A stretch of 64,000 nucleotides of DNA from a virus, in the IMG/VR virus record IMGVR_UViG_3300017783_000007, positions 1-64,000 of that record. One strand, 5' to 3'. Position numbers and translations under genes: made by a program. The notes beneath the pieces are model-generated. The model worked only from the letters and a program-made list of their open reading frames with translations, made no database searches and was not told the DNA's origin. Of this stretch, positions 48,621 through 60,400 are shown piece by piece. Numbering within the stretch: the stretch's first letter is position 1; each line of letters starts with the position of its first letter.

Positions 48621-51600
48621 TTAAGTTAATTTTCCGAGACGCACTCTTAACACATTATTCGAGTCTTTAATGTCTATTCTGGTATTGCTACCGTCAAAAA
48701 ACATAGTAGAGGCACTCGATGCTGTGGATGAAATAGTTAGCTGCTCTGCATCAATACTTCCTGTTTTTATATTTGCTCCATCAATAGAAGTAGCGGCAGT
48801 AGCTCCATTAATAGCAGTGGGCCCGCTAGAGAATGTACCATTACTAAATGTTACTACCCCTGTAAAGTTAGTATACGCAACAATAGAAGAATAAGTAACA
48901 TTAAAACTAGAACTTCCTGCGGTAGTTTCTGTGCCAAAATACCTAATTGTATGATGCGTATTGGAGCTAGTAGGAACTTGAGGCCTGGGCGAGTTCCTCC
49001 AGCAATTCGTAGTTCCATTGTCATTTATATTACCCCCTGAAACTACACCCGTTGAAAAAGTATACAAATTGCCGGTAGGAGTAGGAACTGAACCACTCGA
49101 TTTTTCATAGTATAAATAGCCTTGTACGGTACGTAGTCCCGCAGCGCCATCAGTCCCGTCCTGTGCAAGCAAAGAAGAAGGAGCCCATTCACTGCTTGCT
49201 ATAGTATCTGATGATAGTCTGCTAATTGCTGCTGCCTGAGAGGTCCACAGATAAGCCCCACCAGTGGAAGGAATATTCGAGCTCCATCCATTTGCAGTTG
49301 TAAAAGAAATATTTCCACTAGAAAAGGTATAAGTGGTATTACCTGAGGGTAAACTGCCAGAACTACTGCTACTATTGTTTTTCTTATAAATTCGCACTGT
49401 GGCACTATTAAAACCATCTATACCGTCTTCTCCATTTTGAGAAAGAATTACGGGGGAAGACCACTCCCCAGATCCTACGGTATCTGATGTTCCGGTGCCA
49501 GAAGCGACAGCAGCCACTATATATAAAGCGGAATTACCGCTAGGGATATCTTTTTGCCAGCCATTAGACAAGCTGGTTGTTGTAATTTTACCTGTTTGAA
49601 GACTAACTTCTACGGATCCGGGATTAGAAGTTATCGCGCTTGAAGACCTTTGATATGCATATACTAATGCGGTTTTTGTTCCTGCAGGTCCATCACTTCC
49701 GTCTTGCGCGATTAAAGAGCTCGCAGCCCATTCACTACTTGCTATAGTATCTGATGAAGTAGTACTGGCGGCTGTAGCCTGTGAAGTCCATAAGTATCCG
49801 CCTCCGGTGGAAGGAACTGTAGAGGTCCAACCATTGGAAGTTGTAAAAGAAATATTTCCACTAGAAAATGTATAAGTAGTGTTACCAGAAGGCAGGCTGC
49901 CGGAGCTAGTGCTACTATTATTTCTTTTATAGATTCGAACTGTGGCGCTATTAAGCCCTGGATCCCCTGCCTGCCCATTTTGGACAAGAATTACTGGGGA
50001 AGACCATTCCGTAGCTCCTATAGTATCGGAAGTACCTGTTCCTGCAGCAGAAGCAGCTACAACATATAGAGGGGCAGTGCCGCTAGGTATAGTTTTAGAC
50101 CAACTATTAGCCAAAGTACCTGTTGTAATTTGTCCAGTCTCTAAACTAACCGTTACTGCGCCCGGATTAGAAGTTATTGCACTTGAAGACCTTTGATATG
50201 CATATACTAATGCGGTTTTTGTACCATTACTACCAATAATACCTGCTCTAGCCTTAGAATAAGAAAAAGTCTTATTAAAAACAGGGCCTCCATGATTAAT
50301 AGTTATAGGTATACTTAAAGTACCTGAGTCATTACTCGATAAAACTGCTGTAATATCAACTTCAAAATCTAATGCAGGACTCGAGCCTACAGTTCCTGTA
50401 GAAAGTGTTAAACCATTGGAAGGGCTCTGAGTGACAGTTCCTACGGTATAGGTATTGTCTGCTGGATCTGAAGAATTATCATAATAGTATCTGATATCCC
50501 CATTAAATACGTTTACCGTAAAGTCAGCTCCTGCTACGGAAGAGACATTACCTGCAGGATCTGCTTGAAATACATGAGACTCGTGACCTAATAATGCCGA
50601 ATAACCGCCCTTAGGCTGAGCACTGGAAAGATACGGATCAAAAGAATATTCTCCCGATGAAAAAGTAACTTCCCCTAATATAGCATCTGCTCCTTTGTCA
50701 GGATTAAATGCAGGAGTGTAAATATTTACGCCAGACACAGTACGAGTAAAAGGAGACCCAGCTTGAAGTTCAGTATCGCTTATAACTCGTCGCACAAGCT
50801 TATATTCTGCAGCAGCAGTTTCAGTGCCGGGAGCTCCCGCAGAAGTAACTTTTATTAACTGACCTTCACTAATATCAGTAAAAGTAGTAGAAGAGCCTAT
50901 CAATCTATCCGAACCTGAGACCGTACTAACAGTGCCCGATACATTTAATAAACCATTATTAGAAGCAGCTCTTTCTTTAAAGTAAGATGCCTCCGTCTCA
51001 TTTCCGTCTATATCTTCTACAGTTTCATCAGTATGTACAACAAAACTACGCAGAGGATTAGTAGAGCTGCTAGAATCAAAATAAAGATACATAGTATCAG
51101 AAGATGACATGCCAGAAAAACTTTCTGTTCTCTGCGCAGAAGTAGCATTGCTGAAAACTATAGGCGCGGCAGCAGGGGGAGTAAATCTAAAATTACGAGA
51201 GTTTATAGTAAATACTCCCGTTGTAGAATTAAAATTAAAAGGAGCACTAAGATCTCCGCCCTGAGCCACAGATTGTATATTTCCGGTAGAAATAAGAGGA
51301 CTGCTAATTGCAACATTAGCTATTTCCCAGGCAGATTTTGCTCCTAAAGTATTTACGGTTCTAACTTTTACAGTGTAAGAGCCAGCCGCTACATTAGATA
51401 TAGCAAAAGAGGTCGAGCCTTTAGGAGCCTCTACTGTTGTCATATTTGCAGGGCCTGAGCCGTTCGGCAAAAGGTCATGCGAAATTTCAAAACGCTCTAT
51501 AAATCTATAATTTCTTGTGCGAAGAGATCCTGAAGAATCAGTATATGTTTCTGTAGGAGGAGTCCACCCTATAATACCTTGATAAGCCGAGGTTTGACCC

Positions 51601-54581
51601 GAGGCAGAGGGATCACCTATAGGCGACATTTCTAAGGAAACTCCACTTGGAGGAGGAACAGGCCCGCTCGCCTCTGTAGCAGGTATGTAATCAGTAGTGT
51701 ATGTTGGAATAGATACATCTATTTCATCAAACTTTAGCTCATCATATTGAGTAGCAGATATAGAGTATTTACCTGCTCCATCCTCTGCTAATCCGGCTAC
51801 CCTGAAAGTTTTCAAGTTGCTGCTATCAGAGGTGTCTCTAGTTATAGCCCATATATAGTCTTGCAGTGGGGCTTGCGAAAAAGCACCACTTACAGTAATA
51901 CTACTAGCTGTTGTGCCTGTATTAGTAATATCTTTAACCTCTACACGACTATTCTTACTAAACTGCACATCTATATGATTACCAGCATTATCAAAGTAGT
52001 TTACTGCACTTTCTGCAGTAGGGGGGTTATTTACTAAATCTATGAGATTGTCGTCCTCATCCCTGACCTCGGGAAGAAAAGCTCCTCTAGTGTAAGTGGG
52101 AGGCGTGCCTCCCGTTCCTATAGTGGCGGAATCTTGCGCTAAGTATACTGAGGCACCTGGAAAAATAATATGCAGCTTACAGTCAGTTCCTGCTGTATTT
52201 CCTGGACCAAAGTCTACTTCTCTATCCAAAGCTATAGTGGAGGTCGTACTGCCGGAGGACACTCTTCCAGATGCTTCAATATTTTGATCGTCTTTATCCT
52301 GAATATTGATTATATCACCGGGTCTTAAGAAAGAAGCATTTATACCTGTAGTAAATGAAACAATTTCGGTTTCTTTAGTGTCGGTGTAAAGGTGCCACTC
52401 AGCTAGTCTAGAGGCTTGGGACTCGGACGTGCAGCCAAAGGCTACAATATCCTGGGAAACTACTTTACCTTGCAACACTATGTTTGCCGTGTCTTCTACA
52501 GTAAGAATTGTTTTCTTGTAAAACTCATCAGGATTATTCCATGTAACATTAATTTGGTTAACTCTCGCTCGCTGCCCCGTATAAGTATACTCAAAAACAC
52601 CCTGCTCTACATTAGCCTTAGTAAAGGTATAAACTGCCTCTTTTGGAGAATCCTGTACTCCTACAATCTTACCATCAATCCAAGCTAACATGCCTCGAAA
52701 AGAGCTGGCGAGATCTTTCAGTACTTTGTAACTCTCTTCGATAGTAGATAAGTACACATTGCAGGAGAATCTTGGTTCTTGACCTCCCTTACCGTCAGAA
52801 ACTAGTTCATCACAATATCTTGCAATTTGATAAAGAGAAAACTTATCTATGTCATCTTCACTGATAAACTGTCCTAACCCATAATCCTTGTCAGTAAGTA
52901 TATCATAAAAAACCCATGCAGGATTATTGCAATATACTTTGCGAAAATTAACATGTGTAGGAGAAAGGCTTTCATCCCCCCTAAAAGATCCTGTCCATGG
53001 AACATAGCTATTAGAATCTGCTCCCGCGCTGGTTCTAGTATATTTTGCCGAAGCTGTGCCTGTCTCTTCGCGAGTTATATAGTTACTAGGGACTTTAATT
53101 TTTTTGCCATAAATATGGTAAGATCTGCTGGGAGGGGTTGTAAAATCTTCTGCGGAGTAGCCTACAACTGCATAAGCTGAAGTTGCATAATTAAATTTAT
53201 TTTCTATAATTGCTTCGTAGGAGTCTATAGTTGCATTTAGTACAGCATCATTATCATCACAGTAGTCTTTAACGCCTTCAGGGCTCAGGCGCCTAACTTC
53301 TAGGCTCCACGAACTAAAAGGTTGGTATTTCTTAACGTCGACATCATATGTTGCTATAAACGCAGGGTTATTTCCTTTTTTCTGAATTAATCCAGTATTT
53401 CCGCCATTTGCTACACGCCCTCCTCCCGGATACTTATATAGAGATAGGCCTACACCTCTAGTACTGCTGTTAGCTACAGTAGAAGACCAATTAGGCACAC
53501 TTTGCAAAAAATCACTTCCCCCATAGTCTCTCCCGTGAACTAATACAGAGGTGGCTGAAGAAGCGCCTTCTGTGGTATACTTAAATACTACTTGGAACTC
53601 TGCATAGGCAGTTACATCTTTTCCCTTTGAATCTATATGTCGTAGTCCGCCAGGAAATTTAATATTTACTTTTAGTCTATCTATTTCGCTTGCAGTGTAT
53701 TGCCCTAAGGAGACATTTGAGGATACTAATGCTCCCGCAGAGGGGCTTTGCGTACCCTGTCCAGATGGAGCATTTACTGCATTAACAAGTTTTAGGGGCT
53801 GGTTAACTTGATATACAAAACCCGCACTTTGAGAACTGCCTACTGAACTCTCATACTCCTCACCAAATCGAGTACCTCGAAAAAACGAAGTTTTAACATT
53901 ATCATAAGCTAAATTTTTGCCGGAGTTTTGTATATTGTATATATTGTCGACAGAAGCAGAAGATACTCGTACTATTCCGCCACTAATGCTCGTGGGAACA
54001 CTAGATACAAGGGTTGCGGCTCCATTGTTAGTAATAGAGGATATTTTTATAACTTCATCAACAGTTATGACAGTACCGTTTGCAACACTAGTCTGAGGAA
54101 GGGGCCATATTAGAGCATTAGTAGATGAGTTTATAGTTCTTACAATACCTCGATATTCAGTTCCATCAGGGCCTGCTCCAGGAATACGAACAAAGTATCC
54201 TGCGGACGATAAAACACTAGCACTTCCCCCTCTAGGATCCGAAGTGTGTTTTGATTGAAATAATGCGGAGTTTACATTAACTCTTGCAAGACCTCTAGGG
54301 AGCGCTCCTGCAAGGGTGGAACTTCCGCCACCCCCTTTTATTTCTAAATACCTATCTCCGTCATTTAAATCTATGTCTGCAAATAAGCTTCCCGCACCCG
54401 TAACGGAAGTACCAGAAATATTTGCAGTAGAAGACCTACCTGTAATATTGCCGTTTGCATCATCAAGAAGAGCAGTGCCATTTAGATACACACTAGCTTG
54501 CCCATTAACTAGGCCCCCTATTTCACCACACGCAATTAAATCTACAATACTAGCGTGTTGATTTTCATATATTGCTGGCAT
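48621..54581 (-). CDS. Central tail tip/host-specificity protein (lambda gpJ-like)
   Basis: GEIGGLVNG..SVYLNGT, NNPAWVFYD, LYQIARYCDELV.DG.GG.EPRF, GCTSESQA.R, FN3-like domains; likely ATG at 54581. Confidence 0.88.
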   Translation of the reverse strand: MPAIYENQHASIVDLIACGEIGGLVNGQASVYLNGTALLDDANGNITGRSSTANISGTSVTGAGSLFADIDLNDGDRYLEIKGGGGSSTLAGALPRGLARVNVNSALFQSKHTSDPRGGSASVLSSAGYFVRIPGAGPDGTEYRGIVRTINSSTNALIWPLPQTSVANGTVITVDEVIKISSITNNGAATLVSSVPTSISGGIVRVSSASVDNIYNIQNSGKNLAYDNVKTSFFRGTRFGEEYESSVGSSQSAGFVYQVNQPLKLVNAVNAPSGQGTQSPSAGALVSSNVSLGQYTASEIDRLKVNIKFPGGLRHIDSKGKDVTAYAEFQVVFKYTTEGASSATSVLVHGRDYGGSDFLQSVPNWSSTVANSSTRGVGLSLYKYPGGGRVANGGNTGLIQKKGNNPAFIATYDVDVKKYQPFSSWSLEVRRLSPEGVKDYCDDNDAVLNATIDSYEAIIENKFNYATSAYAVVGYSAEDFTTPPSRSYHIYGKKIKVPSNYITREETGTASAKYTRTSAGADSNSYVPWTGSFRGDESLSPTHVNFRKVYCNNPAWVFYDILTDKDYGLGQFISEDDIDKFSLYQIARYCDELVSDGKGGQEPRFSCNVYLSTIEESYKVLKDLASSFRGMLAWIDGKIVGVQDSPKEAVYTFTKANVEQGVFEYTYTGQRARVNQINVTWNNPDEFYKKTILTVEDTANIVLQGKVVSQDIVAFGCTSESQASRLAEWHLYTDTKETEIVSFTTGINASFLRPGDIINIQDKDDQNIEASGRVSSGSTTSTIALDREVDFGPGNTAGTDCKLHIIFPGASVYLAQDSATIGTGGTPPTYTRGAFLPEVRDEDDNLIDLVNNPPTAESAVNYFDNAGNHIDVQFSKNSRVEVKDITNTGTTASSITVSGAFSQAPLQDYIWAITRDTSDSSNLKTFRVAGLAEDGAGKYSISATQYDELKFDEIDVSIPTYTTDYIPATEASGPVPPPSGVSLEMSPIGDPSASGQTSAYQGIIGWTPPTETYTDSSGSLRTRNYRFIERFEISHDLLPNGSGPANMTTVEAPKGSTSFAISNVAAGSYTVKVRTVNTLGAKSAWEIANVAISSPLISTGNIQSVAQGGDLSAPFNFNSTTGVFTINSRNFRFTPPAAAPIVFSNATSAQRTESFSGMSSSDTMYLYFDSSSSTNPLRSFVVHTDETVEDIDGNETEASYFKERAASNNGLLNVSGTVSTVSGSDRLIGSSTTFTDISEGQLIKVTSAGAPGTETAAAEYKLVRRVISDTELQAGSPFTRTVSGVNIYTPAFNPDKGADAILGEVTFSSGEYSFDPYLSSAQPKGGYSALLGHESHVFQADPAGNVSSVAGADFTVNVFNGDIRYYYDNSSDPADNTYTVGTVTQSPSNGLTLSTGTVGSSPALDFEVDITAVLSSNDSGTLSIPITINHGGPVFNKTFSYSKARAGIIGSNGTKTALVYAYQRSSSAITSNPGAVTVSLETGQITTGTLANSWSKTIPSGTAPLYVVAASAAGTGTSDTIGATEWSSPVILVQNGQAGDPGLNSATVRIYKRNNSSTSSGSLPSGNTTYTFSSGNISFTTSNGWTSTVPSTGGGYLWTSQATAASTTSSDTIASSEWAASSLIAQDGSDGPAGTKTALVYAYQRSSSAITSNPGSVEVSLQTGKITTTSLSNGWQKDIPSGNSALYIVAAVASGTGTSDTVGSGEWSSPVILSQNGEDGIDGFNSATVRIYKKNNSSSSSGSLPSGNTTYTFSSGNISFTTANGWSSNIPSTGGAYLWTSQAAAISRLSSDTIASSEWAPSSLLAQDGTDGAAGLRTVQGYLYYEKSSGSVPTPTGNLYTFSTGVVSGGNINDNGTTNCWRNSPRPQVPTSSNTHHTIRYFGTETTAGSSSFNVTYSSIVAYTNFTGVVTFSNGTFSSGPTAINGATAATSIDGANIKTGSIDAEQLTISSTASSASTMFFDGSNTRIDIKDSNNVLRVRLGKLT
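49140..50228 (-). repeat. Internal tandem duplication in J (543 bp / 181 aa x2)
   Basis: GTKTALVYAYQRSSSAITSNPG occurs twice, 543 nt apart. Confidence 0.9.
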
Positions 54582-54583
54582 AA

Positions 54584-55234
54584 TTAAAGACCCCCCTCTA
54601 TAAAGGTCCATCGAGACCCTGTGTCAATATTTTTCGCATACTCTGCACCCCCTGTGTAGGATACACTTATAGGCATGCCTCCTACTATAAGTTCTCCATA
54701 CGCTACCGGAACAGGGAGCCCTTGCGATATCGTATTTTGTGGACCATTAAATAAATAAGAAGGATCTGTGCCTTCGTCTGTCTGAGGACCAGGTGCTAAT
54801 AGTTGTGTTATTCCAGCAATTGCTAGATTGACAGCGACCATGGTCAGCCCTACAGTCGCTGACGCAACGAGAGCACCTTGTGTACTTGTGCCAGTTAATG
54901 CAGCAGTAAACGAGCCTGGTAGCAGAATAGCAACAGTTATAATTGCAATTGCTGCTAAAATCTTAGATCCGGCACTCTTTGAACCTGCAGGAACTTCAGT
55001 AATAATTATATCTTCATTATTTAAGGATAAAAGCATCTCTTCAGGCTCTTCTAAAAACTCCTCACCTCTTTGTATCTCAAATCCTACCCCGGCTTCCGCG
55101 GCATCTACTAGGTATTTTCTAAACCCAGGAGTCTGACAATCTATTAGTCTAAAAATATCTCTAATATTAGAGCACTCGGCCTCCCAATGTGGACCAAATT
55201 TTTCTATTCCTCCAACTAAATAAACTGATTGCAT
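54584..55234 (-). CDS. Tail assembly protein (lambda gpI-like)
   Basis: Ubiquitin-like N-terminus, hydrophobic middle, SYLFNGPQNT..QG.PVPVAYG. Confidence 0.88.
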   Translation of the reverse strand: MQSVYLVGGIEKFGPHWEAECSNIRDIFRLIDCQTPGFRKYLVDAAEAGVGFEIQRGEEFLEEPEEMLLSLNNEDIIITEVPAGSKSAGSKILAAIAIITVAILLPGSFTAALTGTSTQGALVASATVGLTMVAVNLAIAGITQLLAPGPQTDEGTDPSYLFNGPQNTISQGLPVPVAYGELIVGGMPISVSYTGGAEYAKNIDTGSRWTFIEGGL

Positions 55235-55920
55235 CTTACTATCCTATGTAAATGTATACCCCATCCTGAGTGTAAAGACTCTCTGCAAGAAAGCCTATTA
55301 ACAGCATGGTGTAAAAACATATCTTCTCCTATATATACTCCACAATGGTTGGGTACATTTGAAAATACTTTAAAAATTAGCGCGTCTCCTATCTTAGGAG
55401 AATCCACTTCTGTAAATCCGTATGACTCAAATAAGTCATCAAAATAATTAAACCCTTTTTCCCACCAGTCGTCTTCAAATACAGTTTTTGGCAACTCAAT
55501 ATTATACGTTTCGCTATAATAGTCCCTAAGTAGAGAGTAGCAGTCATACTTTCCAAATAAATAGTCTCTTCCTAATAAGGGCTGTCTTATCTTGGGTGGT
55601 GTGTATACAAATTTATCTACATCAGGTAAAGAATATATAATATAGGGTATTTCCAAGAAGTCACTGGCTTTTATATCAGATTCGCTAGGCTCACAAGAAG
55701 CATCAGGATGACTATGTACTATAGCTTGGACATCCCCTAGTAGAGCTGCTTTTGCATAATCCTTTGGAGAAATTACAAAATCTTCTTTAGGGTTTTCCGC
55801 AACATTCTCACAATGCCTCCAGACTAGCTTACCTCTTTTATTCAGTAATAATCCACAGCCCTCATTTGGGTAGTCATTAAATAAATCTTGTACTATTTCT
55901 TTATCTACGCTGTCTAGCAC
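55216..55920 (-). CDS. Tail assembly protein (lambda gpK-like; JAB plus NlpC/P60)
   Basis: EGCG, HSHP...PSESD, DCY, HCGVY, LHH; GGAGG plus GTG at 55920. Confidence 0.9.
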   Translation of the reverse strand: MLDSVDKEIVQDLFNDYPNEGCGLLLNKRGKLVWRHCENVAENPKEDFVISPKDYAKAALLGDVQAIVHSHPDASCEPSESDIKASDFLEIPYIIYSLPDVDKFVYTPPKIRQPLLGRDYLFGKYDCYSLLRDYYSETYNIELPKTVFEDDWWEKGFNYFDDLFESYGFTEVDSPKIGDALIFKVFSNVPNHCGVYIGEDMFLHHAVNRLSCRESLHSGWGIHLHRIVRCNQFI

Positions 55921-57055
55921 CTGGAAATCCTCCAAAAGGTAATGCTATGTTTGCTTCAGTAATCGCTATTCCCCCAGTTACACTACTATGCTCTCGTGCG
56001 TTGAATCTAAGAGAGCAGGACTTTATTTTCTTTCCACAGATATCACCTTCCGTCCAATATATACCTTCTTTAATAGTATCATGGCTGCCCCCAGTTTGGG
56101 TGAATTTATTGACTTGCCAAAGTTTTCCTGAGGATAAAATATAGTTACTATATCTACTGTCCCTATACGAATAATAAGTAGTTGAGGATGAATAGTTAGA
56201 GTATACTCGTACTCGTCTCCAACTAGCACTTGCATCATTAGGAGAAGTAGAAGTGGCTGAAAGTGCTTGCCAATAAGCTGTAACAGTTTGATTACTAGAA
56301 GATGTTTTTGTTACTTGTACTTGAGTTTCATTAGTAATGTAGTAAGCTCCCTCAGTCGAGGTACCAGAGAATACAGACATACCGCTAAATATAGAGGCAG
56401 GCACAATATACTCATCAAATTTATTCATAAAAATTTTGTCTACATCTGTAGCAATTAATTTTTGATCCCAAGTACAGCCTCCTATCTTGTCTTGCCTTTG
56501 AACATTGGAAGAAGCACCTCTATATTTAAAGGGGCAGGCGCCTCCAATAATTACCCTTCTAGGAAGCGTAATGCCGGCTAGATCAAAGGGGGCTGCTAGT
56601 TCAAAAGTGACAACAATAGCCGTTTTCGACTTTATCCTATCTATTACATAAGTCGCTTTCGGAAATTCTACTGGGGCGTTCCCTGACCCAGAGTCCCCAG
56701 TACCTCCAACTAAATATTTCTCTAAAGTTGTTCTTCTAGTAAGTCTCTTTCCTATTAACTCTTCAAAACCCAATCCCCCTATCTCGTTAGAGAATATCGA
56801 GCCTAAATTTGCTACAGATATCTCAGGTCTAGCATATGACCCGTCTGAAGACACCTCAATACCCTCCATCTCTATAGGAATGGCTACGTATGTGAGTATA
56901 TTTCCTTCCGAATTTCTAAACTCTATATCATCACTATTTTCATCCACTCCCGCATGGAAGTGTGCAAAAGACCCCGGAGCATACTCTAGGTCATATAAAT
57001 GTATATATCCGGAGTTTATCTCTTGTTTCTGAACATCTTTAATTAGGTCACTCAT
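55901..57055 (-). CDS. Minor tail protein (lambda gpL-like, Fe-S)
   Basis: FELAAPFDL...LPRR, CPFKYRG...C...DICGK...C, LPFGGFPG. Confidence 0.9.
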   Translation of the reverse strand: MSDLIKDVQKQEINSGYIHLYDLEYAPGSFAHFHAGVDENSDDIEFRNSEGNILTYVAIPIEMEGIEVSSDGSYARPEISVANLGSIFSNEIGGLGFEELIGKRLTRRTTLEKYLVGGTGDSGSGNAPVEFPKATYVIDRIKSKTAIVVTFELAAPFDLAGITLPRRVIIGGACPFKYRGASSNVQRQDKIGGCTWDQKLIATDVDKIFMNKFDEYIVPASIFSGMSVFSGTSTEGAYYITNETQVQVTKTSSSNQTVTAYWQALSATSTSPNDASASWRRVRVYSNYSSSTTYYSYRDSRYSNYILSSGKLWQVNKFTQTGGSHDTIKEGIYWTEGDICGKKIKSCSLRFNAREHSSVTGGIAITEANIALPFGGFPGARQRR

Positions 57056-57426
57056 GCTTCGTAAACCCTTCTAATCGTAGCTGTGCAGGAATAAAAATCA
57101 TTATTATTGTAAGAGACACTAAATGTATCAACTACAGCCTTAATCGTAGTCTCTGATCCTGATGAATTAGTGTCAGGAACTGTAAAGCTAAAAGCGGTGA
57201 CTCCCTCTTTTGCACTAAAAAAGGATGCTATATCGTCTATCTCTGCTTTTGGTCTATTATTGAAGGAAACAGAGTATTCCTCTCTTAAATTATTTATACC
57301 AGCAACCGCCCTCTGCTCATATCCGTCTCCAAAAGAAATTCTATTCACATGAGGAGTAACAGTCCTAGCCATTGTTCTATCAGGAATTCTTCGTGCATTA
57401 CCTAAATCTAAAAATCCTAGTGCCAT
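57052..57426 (-). CDS. Distal tail protein (lambda gpM-like)
   Basis: FGDGYEQR...GINN signature. Confidence 0.88.
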   Translation of the reverse strand: MALGFLDLGNARRIPDRTMARTVTPHVNRISFGDGYEQRAVAGINNLREEYSVSFNNRPKAEIDDIASFFSAKEGVTAFSFTVPDTNSSGSETTIKAVVDTFSVSYNNNDFYSCTATIRRVYEA

Positions 57427-60400
57427 TACGCTGCTCCATATCTACTAAGTATACCGCCCGGACGTTTTTGCTTATGCAGCTCTTCTTGAACCACACTAGC
57501 AACAACTTTTCCTAAAGCGGCTGCTTGATTCTGTTGGGATGCTTCATTTTGCGTGCTACTTGCATTCCCCTGATTATCAATATTAATATTAATTCCAATA
57601 GTATTATTAGAGGTACCCCCTCCTGTCATTTCTACGGGAATGGCATTACCATTAGGCAAAGGAACAACTGCTTCAGTTCCATGTAAAATTGCTGGGTACC
57701 CTGCGTTTCTTCCTCTTGCTATGCCGCCCTCTGAGTAGCCTTTTGCAATACCACCATATCGACGACTTGCGAATCCTATGCTCTTGGTAGCGTTAGCAAC
57801 TTGTGCGCTTGCACCAGCACTTGCCTGATTAGCTAAATTTTGAGTGGGGGCTACTGTAGTACCCACTCCTCCAAAAGCAGCAAGTAGTAATCTTGCAACA
57901 AGCATTTCAGACACAATTCTTGAGATAATTCTTAATACGCTAAGTCCCATATTTGCAAATGCTTGCTTAACAGTCATAGTTCCTTGAACCAATCCATCTA
58001 AGCCGTTAGTAAGTCCTTGGGTTAAGCCGTCTCTTAATCTTTCTTGCATGTTTATTAAAACATTCAAAGATTCTTGCTGTTTAATCTGCTCCTCAATAAG
58101 AGCTATTTGAGTAGAATCCATAACTACTCCAGCATTCTTTTGTCTCAGTATTTCATCATTTATTTTTTGTTGAATTCCGCTCATAGAAAACATTTGAGAC
58201 TGTACCCTCAAATTTTCTGTTGTTCCCAGCAGTTTATTACGTTCTACTTCTTCTAGACGCTGTGATATATCTAACTGCTGGCGAGTATTAAGTAAAGTCT
58301 TTTGAATTGAAGCTTCCTGAGCTAGTAGATTGGTTAATTTTACTTGATCCGCTTCTTCCTTTTTATTACTTTCTTTTTGGATCTCTCCACTAATCGCTTT
58401 TTCTTTTAGCTTTAAATTATTAATGTTTTGCTGCAATAAAAGTTCTTGCGCGGCCCTTGCCTCTCTAGCATTCGCAATAGAGCCCTTGCCTGCGCTCTGG
58501 CCGAGCCCTGCTTTAATAAGCTGAATTTTTTGCTCAGTGGTAGTAATCTCATTTAGAACATTTAATCGCTGACGCTCTATATTATTTAGTTTTTCGGCTA
58601 AATCTATTCCTGTTATTTGCTCGTCAACTATTAACTGTCGTTGATTTAATTGCTGTTCTCCAATGTGAAGGCTGTCCCTTGCTCTTGCTAAACCTATGGC
58701 TGCTTCAGTTACTGCCAGTGATCCCTCTTTGCCGCTGCTTTTAATTGCGGTCTCTAATGCCGCTTCGGCTATCAACTCTTTATTTTTTAATTCTAAAACT
58801 TTATTAGAAAGCGAGATAGTAGTTTGCTGTGCCATCACTCTTTGATTAGCAAAAGATCTATCAGTTTTATTTACGGTAGCTAGTGCCCTATTATTATTTA
58901 AGATTTCCGTTTCATTCTGTCTTATAGTACCTATTCTTTTTTCCAGAGCTTTTTGAAAGTTTGCTGCCTCTGTACTTTGAGCCTTAAGCCTGGCAATAGT
59001 ATCTTTATCTTGTGCCGCTTCAGTCTGCCCTCTTTGCTCTGCTAGAGCTATATCTTTTTCTAAGACTTTGACTGCACTCTGGGCTGATCTTTTTCTTGAA
59101 TTATTGCGTCTGCCGGCCGCAATAAGCTCTGCGTCTGCTGCTTTTTTCTGCTCTCTAAGAGAAGCTAGAGTGTTAGCATTTGTAGTTTTTCTAACGGCAC
59201 TTTCAGCTTCTAGGCCTTTCAGTGCGTCTTTGGAGGTGTCGACCAACCTAGATACGCTCTGCGATAACTTATCATAAGGGGATACTGCAACTGCTCCAGT
59301 TATAGAAGATAGCTGCGCTTTAAAGTCTTTCTGTACTTGGCTAAGTGCCTCTAAAGCTTGCCCATACCCTCGAAGCTCTACATCTAGTTTTCTATATTGT
59401 TGAGCACTTTTTTCACTAATTGACCCTGTCTGCTCTAGCTCTATTGAAAGGGCTTTAAAAGCAGGATTAACTTTTTCTAATTCGGAAGTGGTTTTTTCGA
59501 TACTTTCTTTTAATTTATTAAATTCATCACTACCCGCCTCTAGCTTTTGTAGTTTATTTACTTCAGCAATAAATAAAGGAATATTAACTGTAGCAAGAGC
59601 TCTTCCTGTTTGAGTTGCTTGTTGAGTTAAATCAACCAAACCTTCCGCTCTAGTTTGATTAATTTTTGACAAAAATTCAGCTGTCTCACTTAATCTATCA
59701 TTTGTTCTTTCTAATTCTTCATTTAGCTTACTTGCAGCGTCCTCTGTTCCAAATAAAAAGTTATACGCTTCTTTGCCTAAATCAAAAAGTAAAAATGCCA
59801 TTCCTACAAAAGAGGCAAGCTTAAATGCTTTATCAATCCCCTTTACTGCAAGTACGCCCGCGCGTTGAATCATCCCAAAAGCACCAACTCCAACAACTCC
59901 AACCGCTCTATAACCTACTTTTAGTCGTGCAAAAGCTCTTGTTTTCAAAGTCACCTGCTTTTTCATCTGCTCGTCAACTATTTGGGTTCTAATTGTATAA
60001 GACTTTCGTAAATCTGCAACCTGTGCTGCATTATACCCTTTTAGCTTTCCCGTTATTACCTTGCCAGTATCATCTATATTTTTTTCTGCAGAATCTAAAA
60101 TTCTTTTTGCGGAGGCTCCGGCTCTTTTATCATCAGTATTACCGGACAAGAAATCAATCCCACCCTTACCACTTTTTGCGCCTGCAGTATCAGGACTTAG
60201 TGCTTTCTTACTAAGTTTATTGGCTCTTTTCAGCGCTTTTTCTTGAGTATCACTTAGCTTTTCTACTTCTTCTCTCTGTTCCTGCAGAACTTTTTTAGAT
60301 CTAATAAAAGCTATGTTTGCTGACCTTGCTGCTTTTTTACTGCTATCGGCCCAGTCATCCAGTGAGGGCAGAATGCTTTTTGTTATAGGAATTGCAAAAA

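Noticed and set aside
22757-54581. Diversity-generating retroelement or invertible cassette
   Set aside because: No reverse transcriptase or invertase seen; repeat mismatches are third-position rather than adenine-specific; no inverted gene copies.
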